From assembly GCA_900088475.1 (NCBI GenBank), contig FLMG01001584.1:41010-105009 (forward strand): DNA of 64,000 bases, given 5' to 3'. Shown here piece by piece: positions 1 through 12,300 of the stretch. Both the position numbers and the translations under genes were made by a program. Below the pieces are notes generated by a model. The model ran no database searches. It was not told the DNA's origin and saw only the letters and a list, made by a program, of their open reading frames with translations. Numbering within the stretch: the stretch's first letter is position 1; each line of letters starts with the position of its first letter. The stretch comes from Hyphochytrium catenoides (taxonomy: Eukaryota > Protista > Hyphochytriomycota).

Positions 1-381
1 TACCTGGCCCTTCTCTGCTATCGACTCTTGCCACGCCGCCTATTAACCAACAAAACATCAGTTCCACTCCAGAGACAGCGGAAATTTGAGCGAGGAGCCC
101 ACCTTCGCCTGCTCGAAGGCATACGCCTGGTCGGCATCCCATTCTCGTACCCTAACCTCTTCTCGTAGCTCCTGGCCGCTCTTGCCTTTGCCCTCTAGAA
201 ACGTTTCACCAACCACTTTCTTACTCTCTCCCTTCTCCTCCTTGCCTTGTCCACTGCTGCCATCTTGAGCTTCTCCGCAGGACGGGCAAAATTTTGCTGC
301 TTTTCTGAGAAGAATATACCCGCAGTAGTTGCATGAGGTTCGCTCACTCTCCGCGGCCCCAAGTAGCGTGAGTTTTAACAT
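1..381 (-). CDS. Zinc-ribbon-containing protein, 5' exons only (gene runs off the left edge)
   Basis: The ORF from 381 contains CNYC...KFCPSCG, a zinc-ribbon pattern. A GT donor lies near 103 (GCGAAG|GTGGGC). A further micro-exon at ~5-39 (AAWQESIAEKGQ) is flanked by AG and GT. Confidence 0.55.
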
Positions 382-1354
382 GCTAATGGTGGAGCAGCAC
401 CTGCTGGTGCTGAGCAGAGTCCCTCAATGGCGCATCCCTAGAATGGCTCTACAAACATTCTTAGGGGGCCAACTAGCCCTTTGCCTGCTAAATGGAGTAC
501 AGGTCTTCTACCATTTATCCCCGTAGCAGAGGACAAGGATGCTGAGGTATGATCGACCTGGAAAATGAGCCCCCCGACATCAACCACTTAACCCTCAGTG
601 ACCAGCACCCTGCCGTCGATCTCACGGTGAGCACCACGCTCCGTATAGTCGAACAAAGCAGTACCCTTCTATCAAACCCAAGTGATGAGTTTCCTGCTCT
701 ATCTCACGGCTGATGATGCCCGGCCATCGGCAATCTCACTGTGAGTACGATGCTATCAACGTATCAACCTCATCCAAAGGCCTTTATTAGGAGGAAATGC
801 ATGGATTTGATCAATCGCAGTGAGAACTTCAACGACATTCCTGACCTACCGGAAAATTTCGTTTCAGACTCAGCCGCTAACGGCAGTGATCTTTTACAGT
901 AACTAAGGCCACTGATTACATTGTGATTCTCTGGGTGCATTTGAGGGGGTGCTGGTTGTGTTTGCTGTAGCTAGAGGTGTAGAGCTTTGGCTACTACCCC
1001 TGGGAAAGCGTTCCCAACTCAAGTATAATCAAGTATAAATAGAGAAGGGGTACCTTCACAAGGCAGTGCCCCCCTGATCTTAAGCCTGGGGCCACTCCCT
1101 TTGTAAAGATCCATCCCGCGATCATCGCCGAAGCCGACAGGAGACAGCAGTGAGATCAAAGAGCACAGACTCTGCCTGGAAAGGCAGCGAAGATAGAGAT
1201 CATTATAGAGATTCAATCGTAAGACAGAGCTTCCACGAGCCACATTTTGCCTTCTAGACGACAGTACATCAAGGTGGTTGAGCGTGCTCTTAGCTAGTTC
1301 GACGTCACGTATTATAGAGCTAGGTAAAGGCTGGTAGGCTGACTCCTGAGAAGC

Positions 1355-2999
1355 ATGGCATCCAGGTAATCTAATCCAGAATGTCCCTGTCACTTCCAAA
1401 ATTCTCGACTGACCGTTTTGATGGTGCTAGGTACGATCGGGCGATTACTATCTTCTCTCCTGATGGACACCTATTCCAGGTTGAATACGCTACAGAGGCT
1501 GTGAAGAAAGTGAGTCCCAGCCCCCACAGCCCAAGCCAATGGCTCCTGCTACTTTTTACTGATAACCGTAAACACAGGGTAACTGCCTCGTCGGTGTTAG
1601 AGGCAAGGATGCTGTCATATTGGGTGTGGAGAGGAAAGCCACTGCAAAGCTCCAGGTAAGACTTCATCTCTTCCTTCCTGAAAAGGCAAGACCTTCATCT
1701 TTTCAGAAGAGGAATAAGAGAGGAAGGAGGCGTTAGATCCTTGTGCCTGATATCCATTTGGCTAAAAGCTTTTTGGCTTAGGACCCTCGGACTATTCGGA
1801 AGCTTGTGAAGCTAGACGACCACATCACATTGGCTTTTGCAGGCCTTAATGCCGATGCCAGGGTACTAATCAACAAGGTGCATCTTGGCTGAAAGCGATC
1901 CGTTTGTCTACCTCTGGCTTCAGTCACACGGAAAAATGAAGTCTATCCTATACCTTTTGAGCTTTCGTTGGCGCCAATCTTAGTCCTACTTGACTCGTTC
2001 CTGNNNNNNNNNNNNNNNNNNNNNNNNNNNNNNNNNNNNNNNNNNNNNNNNNNNNNNNNNCGTGTGCCTTATTGACGGCGGCCTTATTTGGTGGCACCTT
2101 CAATCAATAGGCTCGCGTCGAGAGTCAGTCTTACCGGTTGACGGTGGAAGATGCTCCTTCAGTTGAATATATGGCAAGGTATATTGCCGGCACTCAACAG
2201 CGGTACACCCAGCAAGGTGGCGTGCGGCCATTTGGCATCACCACCTTCCTAGCTGGGTTCGATAATCAGAAACGACCACAACTGTACCAGACCGAACCAT
2301 CAGGAACTTACACCTCATGGAAGGTAAGCTGAATATTATGGGTGATGATGGTCCTGTGTAGAGGGTCCGTCACTATAAAGGAGTAGTTCAGGCGGATTAG
2401 TGTACATGTCTCAAGCACTAGTTTCTATACTGCGAAGTGGTTCGCTGTCAGTCTTCTAAAGAGCGAGAAATGATGTTTTAAAGCGCTTTGGTTAGGCTTC
2501 TGCTGCTGGCCGAAGTGAGAAGAACATCAGAGAGTTTCTCGAGAAGAACTACGTTGCCGATCTTGACGAGCAAGGTGCAATCAAACTAGCGATCCGTGCT
2601 CTACTAGAGGTAAGACATCTTAAACCGCGGCCCTACTGCGGACCCCTTGAGGCTAAATCAAGGGGTCGAAGAAACATACAAAGAGGCAGGAATCAAATGA
2701 TGTGGCAAGGATGGGATAGATAGAACAATAAGCCGGGACTGCCCTGCTCATCTGCTAACAAGTTATACCAGGTTGTGGAAGCAGGAGGCAAGAATATAGA
2801 GATTGCCATTATCCGTGCTGATGAGCATGTGGTAAGTAGAAGTCACATGCCACCTTCTTACTTACGGGTCCTAATTCCCACCCACCTCTTTTTCCTGGCC
2901 TTGTAGATTATGGAGGAGGAAAGAGTAGGGGAGATGTGCGCCACTATTGAGAAGGAGATGGAAGAAGCTAAGGCAAAAAAGGGTTCCGAGGACAAGTAA
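1355..2999 (+). CDS. PSMA7: 20S proteasome subunit alpha type-7 (alpha4), 8 exons
   Basis: Exons 1355-1365, 1431-1509, 1578-1655, 1782-1877, 2111-2323, 2496-2609, 2772-2831 and 2907-2999 all have GT-AG borders. They splice to [24 protein letters not shown]...[16 protein letters not shown]...[11 protein letters not shown]...[15 protein letters not shown], the alpha4 signature. Confidence 0.96.
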
Positions 3000-3360
3000 T
3001 CAGAGCCAGAATCGTTTCTTAATCATCCAGGCTAACAGCTCCATTCGTTGTTCGTACCACCTTTCATTCTTCGCGTTGGGTGATTAAGACAATAAATATG
3101 TAGGTTACTCTTTATATTTGAGGAGTCTTTCTAGGGTACGTGGCGGACACAGGCTCTCATGTCAAACTGACAACACAGTCCTTTATCCGTTCACACGTAC
3201 CACCCACAGTCGACAACGTATAACTTCCTAGCTACGAGTCTGAGAGGATTCCTTCAATTTCTAGCTGACCAGACCTCTTCTGACCAGGACGTGCGCGGAG
3301 GAGCACGACAAAGCCTCATGGACCTCATCCATGCTAAGATCTTCCTGCCGCCAGCCACTG

Positions 3361-6300
3361 TTACTCTGTTGAAGAGGTTAAGGATAGAGGGCACACAGCC
3401 GCTCTTTCCTTAGCGGCTTCCTCTGTTCTGTCTGCAGCCTCACAATTATCGATGCTCTCGCAGTCATTTACAGAGAGTGAGATTGTTCCATGTGATAAGC
3501 TCTTTTGATCGAGGTATGAGAGGGAAAAGGAGAAGGAGTCCGAGCCTAAGAAGCCAGGAGGTGGGAGATATCGGACTATTCTTCCCCTTTTGCCCATCAG
3601 GAGATGTTGTCTTGGCTTTTCGCCTTCGATCCCCGTCATAAAGTTGGGCTCCAGCTTCACACAACGATTCATAATGGACAAGATTAGGGGTAAGTTCTGG
3701 TTAGAAAAACGTCAAATCAGAGTGACGTGAAGTATTGTCCATTGTAAAGCATCGCAACGACAGAAACGATGAAAACCGTGTGTAAAAGCGTGACACCGAC
3801 GGATTCGTTGGCTACAGAACCTTACCGTGCTCGGCACCAGGTCCGCCGTATACCGCCCTAGAAATCTATCGAAGCCTAGCATCGGAGATAGCTGACGACG
3901 ACGGATGGCAGAGAAGCAGGTGATGGAGATCGGAATTAGAGGGCAGATGAAAGACTATATGTTGAGGGATTGCGGTGGTCTAGAAGGAAAATCGGTAGGA
4001 CACAGACAAGCAAGAGACTAGATACTTGTCTCAGAACATTGCCCTTTATGAAACGTAACCCTCTATTGGAGGAAATGAGAGGCTTGTAAGGATCTAAGAG
4101 CGACAGTCGCGTAGCGCAGTCGCCCTTAAAAGGAAGACAAGAGTTCCAAAAACGCAACAAATTTATGCGCCAAACTCCTTTTATCATGCGGGAGAGCGAG
4201 GATGGGCTAGCCATTACCTTCGTTCCCGCGATCACTGGGTGATCAGCACTGCACAAGTCCGTCCCTCTAGCGTCGTTAGCTTCTCCTACATTCAGGTACA
4301 GAGCGCCATGTAGAGGTAATGAGTTGATCTCGGCTCTAATATCCATATAGTGTTCATGCTTGTTGCCTACAGCCCAGATGAAGGTTTGCCAAAACGATAT
4401 TAGAGACAAGCAAACAAAATGAGACCCCTCTCATCCGGCAAAATGGAGTCCCATAAAATAGTCGAAATGGATGGGATTTAGCTATATGGTACTTAGAGAC
4501 CTGCCGGATCCGTGATAATGAGGACATATTCGGCCAGGGCTCCTTTGTGAGCAACACTATTCCGGCTCGACCGGTCCAATGCAGAAGGCGATTGTGGGGA
4601 GAGTGACATTGGATCGCCCTTTTTTCCCCGATCCGCTATCCTCAAGGTCCATTGGCCTGAGCCTTTCAAGCCTCCAAAGGCCTCCGCTAACATTTCTCGA
4701 GAGTCGTATGGAAGGGCGCCTGGATTGGAACGGCTTGCAATGGGACTGCCGCCCTGTAAAAGGGCAGAAAGGCAGGCAAGGAACAGAGTTATCTTTAAAG
4801 CTGCACTGCCATAGTTGGTAGTGGCATATAAAAACAAGAAAAAACGGACAATCCTCAGGCATGAATAGCACCAACCTCGTACACAGTCGCCGTGCGACAT
4901 ACCTCGTAATCAGCAAGGGGCCTATGTCGGAGCTCAAAGACCTCAACCTCCGCAAGTGAAAGTACCACTGGCCTTTCAGACCCCCCTCCCATTTTCTGGA
5001 GTCGAATGTACCTACAAAACGTCTCCACTGGGAGGATCATCGTGTTTTCTCGTCCTGGCTCAGAGAGCCGCCAAAACCATACTGGCATAAGTACAGAGAA
5101 AGAGTTAAAGGTCGAGAAAGTTGACCTAGCGGAACTACTTGCTATTACTCGGTATATACGCATACCCGCTCTGTCTCTTGAAGCTTCTATCCCAGTTAGG
5201 TTTTGGCCGTCAGCAGTTTCATTGAAGGCCATGACCCAAATGGTTGACGAATCATTATCCCTTGCCTCATATGGAGCGGTAGTGCTCAAACTGACATCAA
5301 TTTGAACCTATTCAGGGTAACATAAAGTTTGGACCCGATGATAAGCTCAAGACTGATAAAGTAATAGTGCTTTGACATAGGCAAGGAGCATTTTCCGATA
5401 AGACTAGCTAGAGCTTGGAACGGTGCAAGTTACCTCGGATGCCAGAGGTTGTAGATCATTGGAGTGTAGAGCAATAATGGGTGGGCTGTCGGGCCCAATA
5501 AATGATACAGTCCATTCATAAGCTGCACGAAAGAAGAACATGGAAGCCAGTTAACCCAGGTCTATTAGATGATGATCAGAATATATATCCTATGATTGGT
5601 AAATAACGGGAAATGACCTCTCAAAGGGCGGAAGATATGCGCCAAAATCAACAAGGGCAATGCAATGCTTGGGAAGTGACAATATGACAACCACTTAGAC
5701 AAACCAGCTGTAGGAAGTAACGATATCTATTGCATACCTCCCGTGATCATATCAGGCCCTCTGCGAATCACATTTACAGCACGAACCATATCCAGTGCTA
5801 GGAGCTTGGACTGCATAGACTCCCCTCTTCCTAAGCCTGAATCCACCCTCCAGGGGTCTTCGTCTTTCGGACGAGGAAGAACAGAAAGTGGAAAGGCGCA
5901 ATATTTATAGAGTGAGTGAGGAAACCTAACGGACATCTTTATATCAACGAGCATAAGGGAGATATGCCAGAGGGATTCTGGCGTGACTCGCTGCTTGAGT
6001 GCCGGCAAATAGCGTTCAGCATGAACGTGGATGAAGAAATGCACTGGCAACAGTTATGCTACTTTTGAAAAAAGGTCATCCAGATGCAAAGCGGAGATAG
6101 GAATCACAACTAGACTAAGTATGCTCTAGGGTTCCCTCACCTGCTGTTTGTGCTACAGCGTTGAAGCTGATTGGTCCTGTGACCTCAATTACTCCTCCCT
6201 TCACGCATTGTAGGCTGAACGTCCCACTGACCGTAGAAGGCGAAGAGATACGGATCACAGAGCTTTCCCTTTGATAAGACTCTTCTTCTTCCAGCCAAAC

Positions 6301-9300
6301 CTTGATTATTGCCCGCACAAGCATCAGGTAGGTGATCAGAGAAGCTTACTTCCTTACTCAGCACTGAATCTTGCAGTTGTTGATGGAAGCCCAGTGCAAG
6401 GGTAGAAAGGCAGTATACAAGGCATACAGTGTTACGATTCCTACATACCTTTATCGTCCCAACTCTTGTTGTCTCTCCAAGGTCAACTTCCCACCATGGG
6501 TCCACATCATTAAGTGCCGTCCGAGTCACCGAACCCTTTATGATATGGAATTTAGTCGTTAGGGACTATAATATTCTCTGAGAACGCAGGGGTCCCTCTT
6601 CTGTCTGTTGGCTGTCTAGGATCTTGATTCTCGCAAACATTTAGGGGTGAACTCGGGCTTACCTGAAGAAAAAAACCGCTTCGGTCTCCATCAATTGCTC
6701 TATTTGCGTCGGCTCCAAAGCCAAGGGAGGACTGGTAAGCTCCTCCTCGCCTAGCTATATTAACTCCTGGAAAGTCTTTGAAAGAGTAATCCCAGCCTTG
6801 GCCAGCGATGACACCTGACACCAGGCGGGACGGGCCAAGACTGCATATTGGGGGCCACAGCACGATATGGAAAGGGAGGAGTTGTCACCATCACCATGAA
6901 ACTCTGACCAGAGAAATGGAGAAATACTACTACGGGATCTGCTGAGCCGGTGATAAGGAATGTTAAGGGACAGAGGGAGCATACAACCCCATTCGATACG
7001 CAGAACAATGAACGGTCTAGTCCCTTAAGTGGAAGGAGTAACAAATTCGCAGAAGAATCCGCAGCACTACCTCGTTAGCCCATTGGGCTCCCCAAACATC
7101 CGCTGTCTTCCTTCCTGGTCATAAAGAACAGCCTCTCTCGCTTCATGGGAAAGAGCGAAAGAGAGGTTCCCAGCTTCCTCATGATAAAGTCCTCGAATCA
7201 GAACCTCCAGGTCAGCCACCATGTTCAGCCTACGGTTGAATGATGATGGTGATGAAGAGAACTGAAATGACGATATGACGCTTGACGACGAGGTTGTAGA
7301 CGGTAGAGTCAGGATCGCGTCAACTCCTGGGAAGGAATGTTGCTGGTACTTTCTCTTTATGCTTCCTCCGTTTAAAGCCAAAGAGGTTGGCGAGAAGTAA
7401 TTGATATCTGTCGCAAAAGAGGTCAGTTAGTACAAGCCGAGAGGGAGGAAGAACCATCAGAAGCGCTAGAGATTTTCCCAAGCGTGAAAGCCGTAGTGCT
7501 AGCTTTAACAGTTCTCACCGCCATAGGTTAAGATTTTCTCACCATCAACTTCGTCGGCGTGAGTAACGCTGTAGCGAAAGTAGACTCTTTGCCCGACTGT
7601 TCTCCAATAAGAGGCCTCAGTGGGCTGACCATCTCGGCGCGTCAAGAGGGTAAAAGTGGGAGACCCGGTAACAACAACCTCATGAGAGAACTCGACAGCC
7701 AGCTCGACGAGCTCCCCAGAGACATAGGTCCCATCCTGCACTGTTGGATAGAAGGTCGAGACAAAGGGTGCAGAGCTATCCAGCTTTATCGCCCGATACG
7801 AGGAGAGACAGCCTTTGTCCCCTCGATAAAGCGGGGAGGACGGAGCTGGTAATGTGATATTCTACGAAGATATGACGGAACGAGCAGCGAGAGTTAGGAA
7901 GCAGATTAGAAGTATACTATGAGGACAAGCTAATCCTTAAACATGCAGACGAATTTTGATGGGAGCTGTAAATGGGGCGTAAGCACTACTCACTGCCAGA
8001 GTATTTGGAAGAGTGGAGACTGCATATATTTTCCCATCGTTCAGGACTAGAGCGCTGCCTGCCATACATCTCGTTCCTGGCACCTCCCATGGCTTGCAAG
8101 ACCTTACGTAGTCCAGTCGTGAGGTGGAGTCCTCTACATTCGTTAGAGCAAGAGTCAATATTTCAATGGTCGTCTATCTAAACCACTTATTCCCACCTCT
8201 TTGGACTGTTAGCTCAAATCGAAGAATATTAGTTCCAGACCCGCTGACATAAATGGCCGGACGCGGAGCGGGTTGGGTATTCATCCATAACGCTGGCGGA
8301 TCAGGCCCCGACATTTGCAGAAGTACTGGAGAGTCAAATGTTATCTGCAGAGGTATCATTTGGCCCCAACCATATATCCCGCTAGGGAGGGGGGACGATA
8401 CAGAGGTAACTGACGGCGGCAATGTGCTAATTTTGATCCGTATCCGGGTCAAGCTGCCCATTGTATCCCCCGCGGGGAGGCGTAGGTCAACTAAATAGCC
8501 CAAGGCTTTCGTCCGAATCTCCCAAGGCACCACTTCTGCTAGTCTTCCACCCTCTACGGCCGGTTCAGCTTCAGGGATACTATAAATCAACGACCTTTGG
8601 TCCAGAACATCTAAAGGATTGGCCGCGTCGTTCTCTTGGACAATGTATTCGAACATCAGAGTTGCTGTGTTACTGCCGCCGACGTACGTTGCCTTCACTG
8701 GAGTCAAGTGCTGCGTCGGCCCAGACATTCCGGTGGAATCTCCAGCTAAGCAGCCAATGAGGTAAGGAGGGGCTTGAGTCGCATAGTACGCATAGCTTCG
8801 TCTTTCGTCTGTGTTCCCTTCAAAGGTGCCGTCACTAGATCTTTCTTCTTCCCGTCCATTACAATCGTCCAGTTGCGCAGCTGTGCGGTTGTTGTAGACT
8901 TTGGGCTGATAATATATCGGAAATCCATCCATAGCATATCCAATAAGAAGCCTGTCCTGCCCTTGGGAAGAAGATGAGCCATACGAGAGCGTGGCCAAGA
9001 GGCATGAAGAAAGCCTAGTGTAGTGATACCTTACAATGGAGAATGGAGGAGTTACTTGTTACTGCAACGTTTACATAGCGGTTGTCTCAACTATCTTTGC
9101 AATGTCAAAAACAGTAGGTAAAAACAACCAAACTTACATTCCGTTTGCATCCGGCGCCCCAGCGCAGCTATCCACGCTCAGGTATCCAGGGCCATTTGTG
9201 CTTGTAACATCATTATTGAACTCGTCCCGGTAGAACCTGATCGGCACTCCATCTAATCCAATACCTAGTGAAAAACGTTTAGGATTGCTCTTAAAAGCAG

Positions 9301-12300
9301 GTGAGACAGCTACCAGCTATACAAGAACTATTCACCAAAAAGGAACCAGAAAGCAGAACAAATTGACGATTTGGCCCCTGATAGATCGTCAGGACAAGTA
9401 GAATGGAGTGAGATCACTTCCATCGTGTTCAAAAATCGTGGTGAAGGACGGCGTGCTCAAGTACACAGCTCGAAAACAAAGGAGCAACCTGAAAGTTCTC
9501 GCTCCTGCAGTGGGCGTTGGTAAGGTGCCTTCCTTGGATATCTTGGAAATGAGAAGGTCCGATTGGCACTAACGACCTGCCACGGATTGTCTGGGCGGCC
9601 ATCTTCATCTCTATCATTGTAGTCCGGAAAGAGAGTCCCTGACATCAAGTCACAGCTACAGTCGCTCCTCACTTCAACTGTGGGATGCGATGAGTTTGAG
9701 ATCACCACATCATTGACTCCACCCCTACCAACAATCCACCCTATGGAGGAATCTATCACTTGAGTGCCTTCTTGCGCTGCAAAGAATTATAGGTCAGGTC
9801 TACAGGTAAATGCAAAGTTACAAGACGGATAAATTTCAAAGCAGACGCTCACCGAGTGGTCTCTGGACATTGAGGGCCAGGTCTGGCTTGCCGGCAACAA
9901 TAACAGGTTCGGTGAATGTCACAGAAATGGGAACTATCTGGTCTCTTCCGTACGTGCCCGGAGGAAGGGACGATGAGACAGAGAGTATAGAGGCAGCACT
10001 CCCTGCTATAGATATGCTGCCTCTGCCTCCCCCGCCTTCCAACGTAAAGTATAACGTAGAACCTGGCAAGGTAAGATCCGCTGGTTGTCCGGACACCTCC
10101 GCCCACCGCACAATATCCCCCACAAGTGCGTCTTTGGAATACGCAGCCAGGGATGAGCAAAAATCCTTCGAGGAGACGCTGAATGCAAATGACAAAGTGT
10201 CGGTCATGTTGCCTCCTGCGTGGGATGTAGCGTCAGACGGACCACAAAGTGCTAAGAGCTGAGGAGAGGTACTTTAGGTCCACAAGGGCATTGAAATTGC
10301 TTCTGTACAGAGTTAAAAGCTAAAACAACTCTGGAGAGATTAGGTGAAAACCTTGACTCGGGGTACACACGACATACCAGTAAAGATGGCCTTAGACTGA
10401 ATGGTGTTAGGAGAGCAAAGACGAAGGGTAGGAAACCCGGATCGGATCTATGGAAGAGATGGAACCATCGTTAGCCCTACAGTGCGAGACATTGGAACCA
10501 AATCAAGAGACCAAACACATGGGCGTAGGATGAGAAAGCGGAGCAGCAGAAACAACTAGGAGGGTGCAATTTTGTCAAATCCGGGTTGGCCAGTAGGTGA
10601 GGCTGAACTTGGTAAACACTGACCATGACCGTCGCGCTAAAGCGGACATGAAGAGTGAGAGCGGACCCTTTCGAGTATAATCCCGGAGTCTCTTTGGTGA
10701 AGAGCGAAAGGACCTTCGGTGGACCGGAGCTCACAGAGAGTCGTGACTTTGATAAACTACCAGGGCCACCTATGGTCATGGGTTAATCAATCCACATGAC
10801 TTATATAGACTAGAGGCATGTTTAGCATTCCGCATCTTAATCAAATTTCATACCGGGTGCAGGTAGGGTTAAATCTGCTGGTTGAATAGAATTTGTGGAC
10901 TTCCTTAAAACCACGCCTGGGAATGAAGGGAATGACAGAGGTAGCGTTACAGGAGGGTGAGACCAACCTCTATGGACCAGTGACCCATTTAAACCTAGCT
11001 TTTCCTTGGTTCGAACCGATAGCGGCTCGAGAACAAGGCACTCCTCACCTGACAAGGACGAACTAGCAAGGTAGTCCAATAAAGCGATATTGTCTCCGGG
11101 CTGCACCAGATACTTAAGAACTATCCGAGACCCCTCCGTGCGTACATAGGATGCGGATCGTCCCACATTCAAAGCTAGGTCCAGACTCCCGTAGGGCATT
11201 TCCACCTCGGCAGAGAACTGTAGCGATAGAAAGATTGACTCCCCTGGACCACTTGAGATACCCGTAGTGTTTGAAGACACAGAAAGGATGCTTGGTGGGG
11301 ACGAGTCAACAATAATTTGGCGTACGTAGGAAAGACTGCCTGCAGTACCGTACAGTGATATGTGGCAATAGCAGTGGAATGTAGTGTCAGCGCTTTCAGC
11401 TTCCGAGAATGGAGGGAGATGAGGTGAAGCAATCTAGCAGGCAACGCACATAGATTGCGATAGATGGCAATAAGATCTGGTTTTACCTTTGCCTCTTGGA
11501 GGAGGGAGCCGCGTCGGCATGTAAAACCCATCCTTCGTTAGGAGGTGCTCAAATGGAAGTGACAAAGCTGAGGAAGAGGAATAGTCCAGTGGAGAAGCGC
11601 TATGCCCCAGGCTGCAGTACAAATGACGATTAGCCAGCCTCACTGCGATAAATGGATAAAAAGATTCTCTAATACGCCCTATCCTCCCGTTTATTCTGGA
11701 ATACTGCCGCAGTGCGCAAATTACCCGTTGCCCTTCAACTCCAACAGCCAGACTTACCTGACAGTGTACACAAATGTGACGATATGTGTGCCGTTACCTC
11801 CTGCATACGGTGCTGGGCTGACATCTGCTAATCCTGGTCCTGTTTGCAGTAATAAGGACGGAGGAGAACGCAGCACGACTGGACTTGAAAAGACGACCAA
11901 GACTTCTACTTCCTCTCCTACTCCAATCCTTCCTCCATCATGATTAGTGAAAGTATAGAGTACTCTTTCTCCATCCGTTCGGAGTGCGATTCGGCCTCCC
12001 GAAGCTACTACCCCCCTTCGCTTTAAAGAAGGTGAAGGTGCAGATGGCTTAGGCAGAGACAGATTAGCATCAATCGTGGGAGATTGAGATGCTAACCGAA
12101 TCCATGCCTGGCAAAGAGAAGATTGGCAGATCTGACTATCCTCGTCCACGTCTTCTTCGCTAAACCACCTCTTGTTCCGCACTAGAAGGGAAGATGTCGT
12201 CTCATAATCTAGCAGCCCTGTAATGGGTCCTCTGTCTTTCGTACTATCGCCTTCCCGGACGGTGTACTCAAAAACAAGGCGATTAGTTCCATTCCCTTCC

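Noticed and set aside
1019-1399. 126-aa minus ORF between the zinc-ribbon gene and PSMA7
   Set aside because: No motif, and it overlaps the PSMA7 first exon and promoter in antisense.
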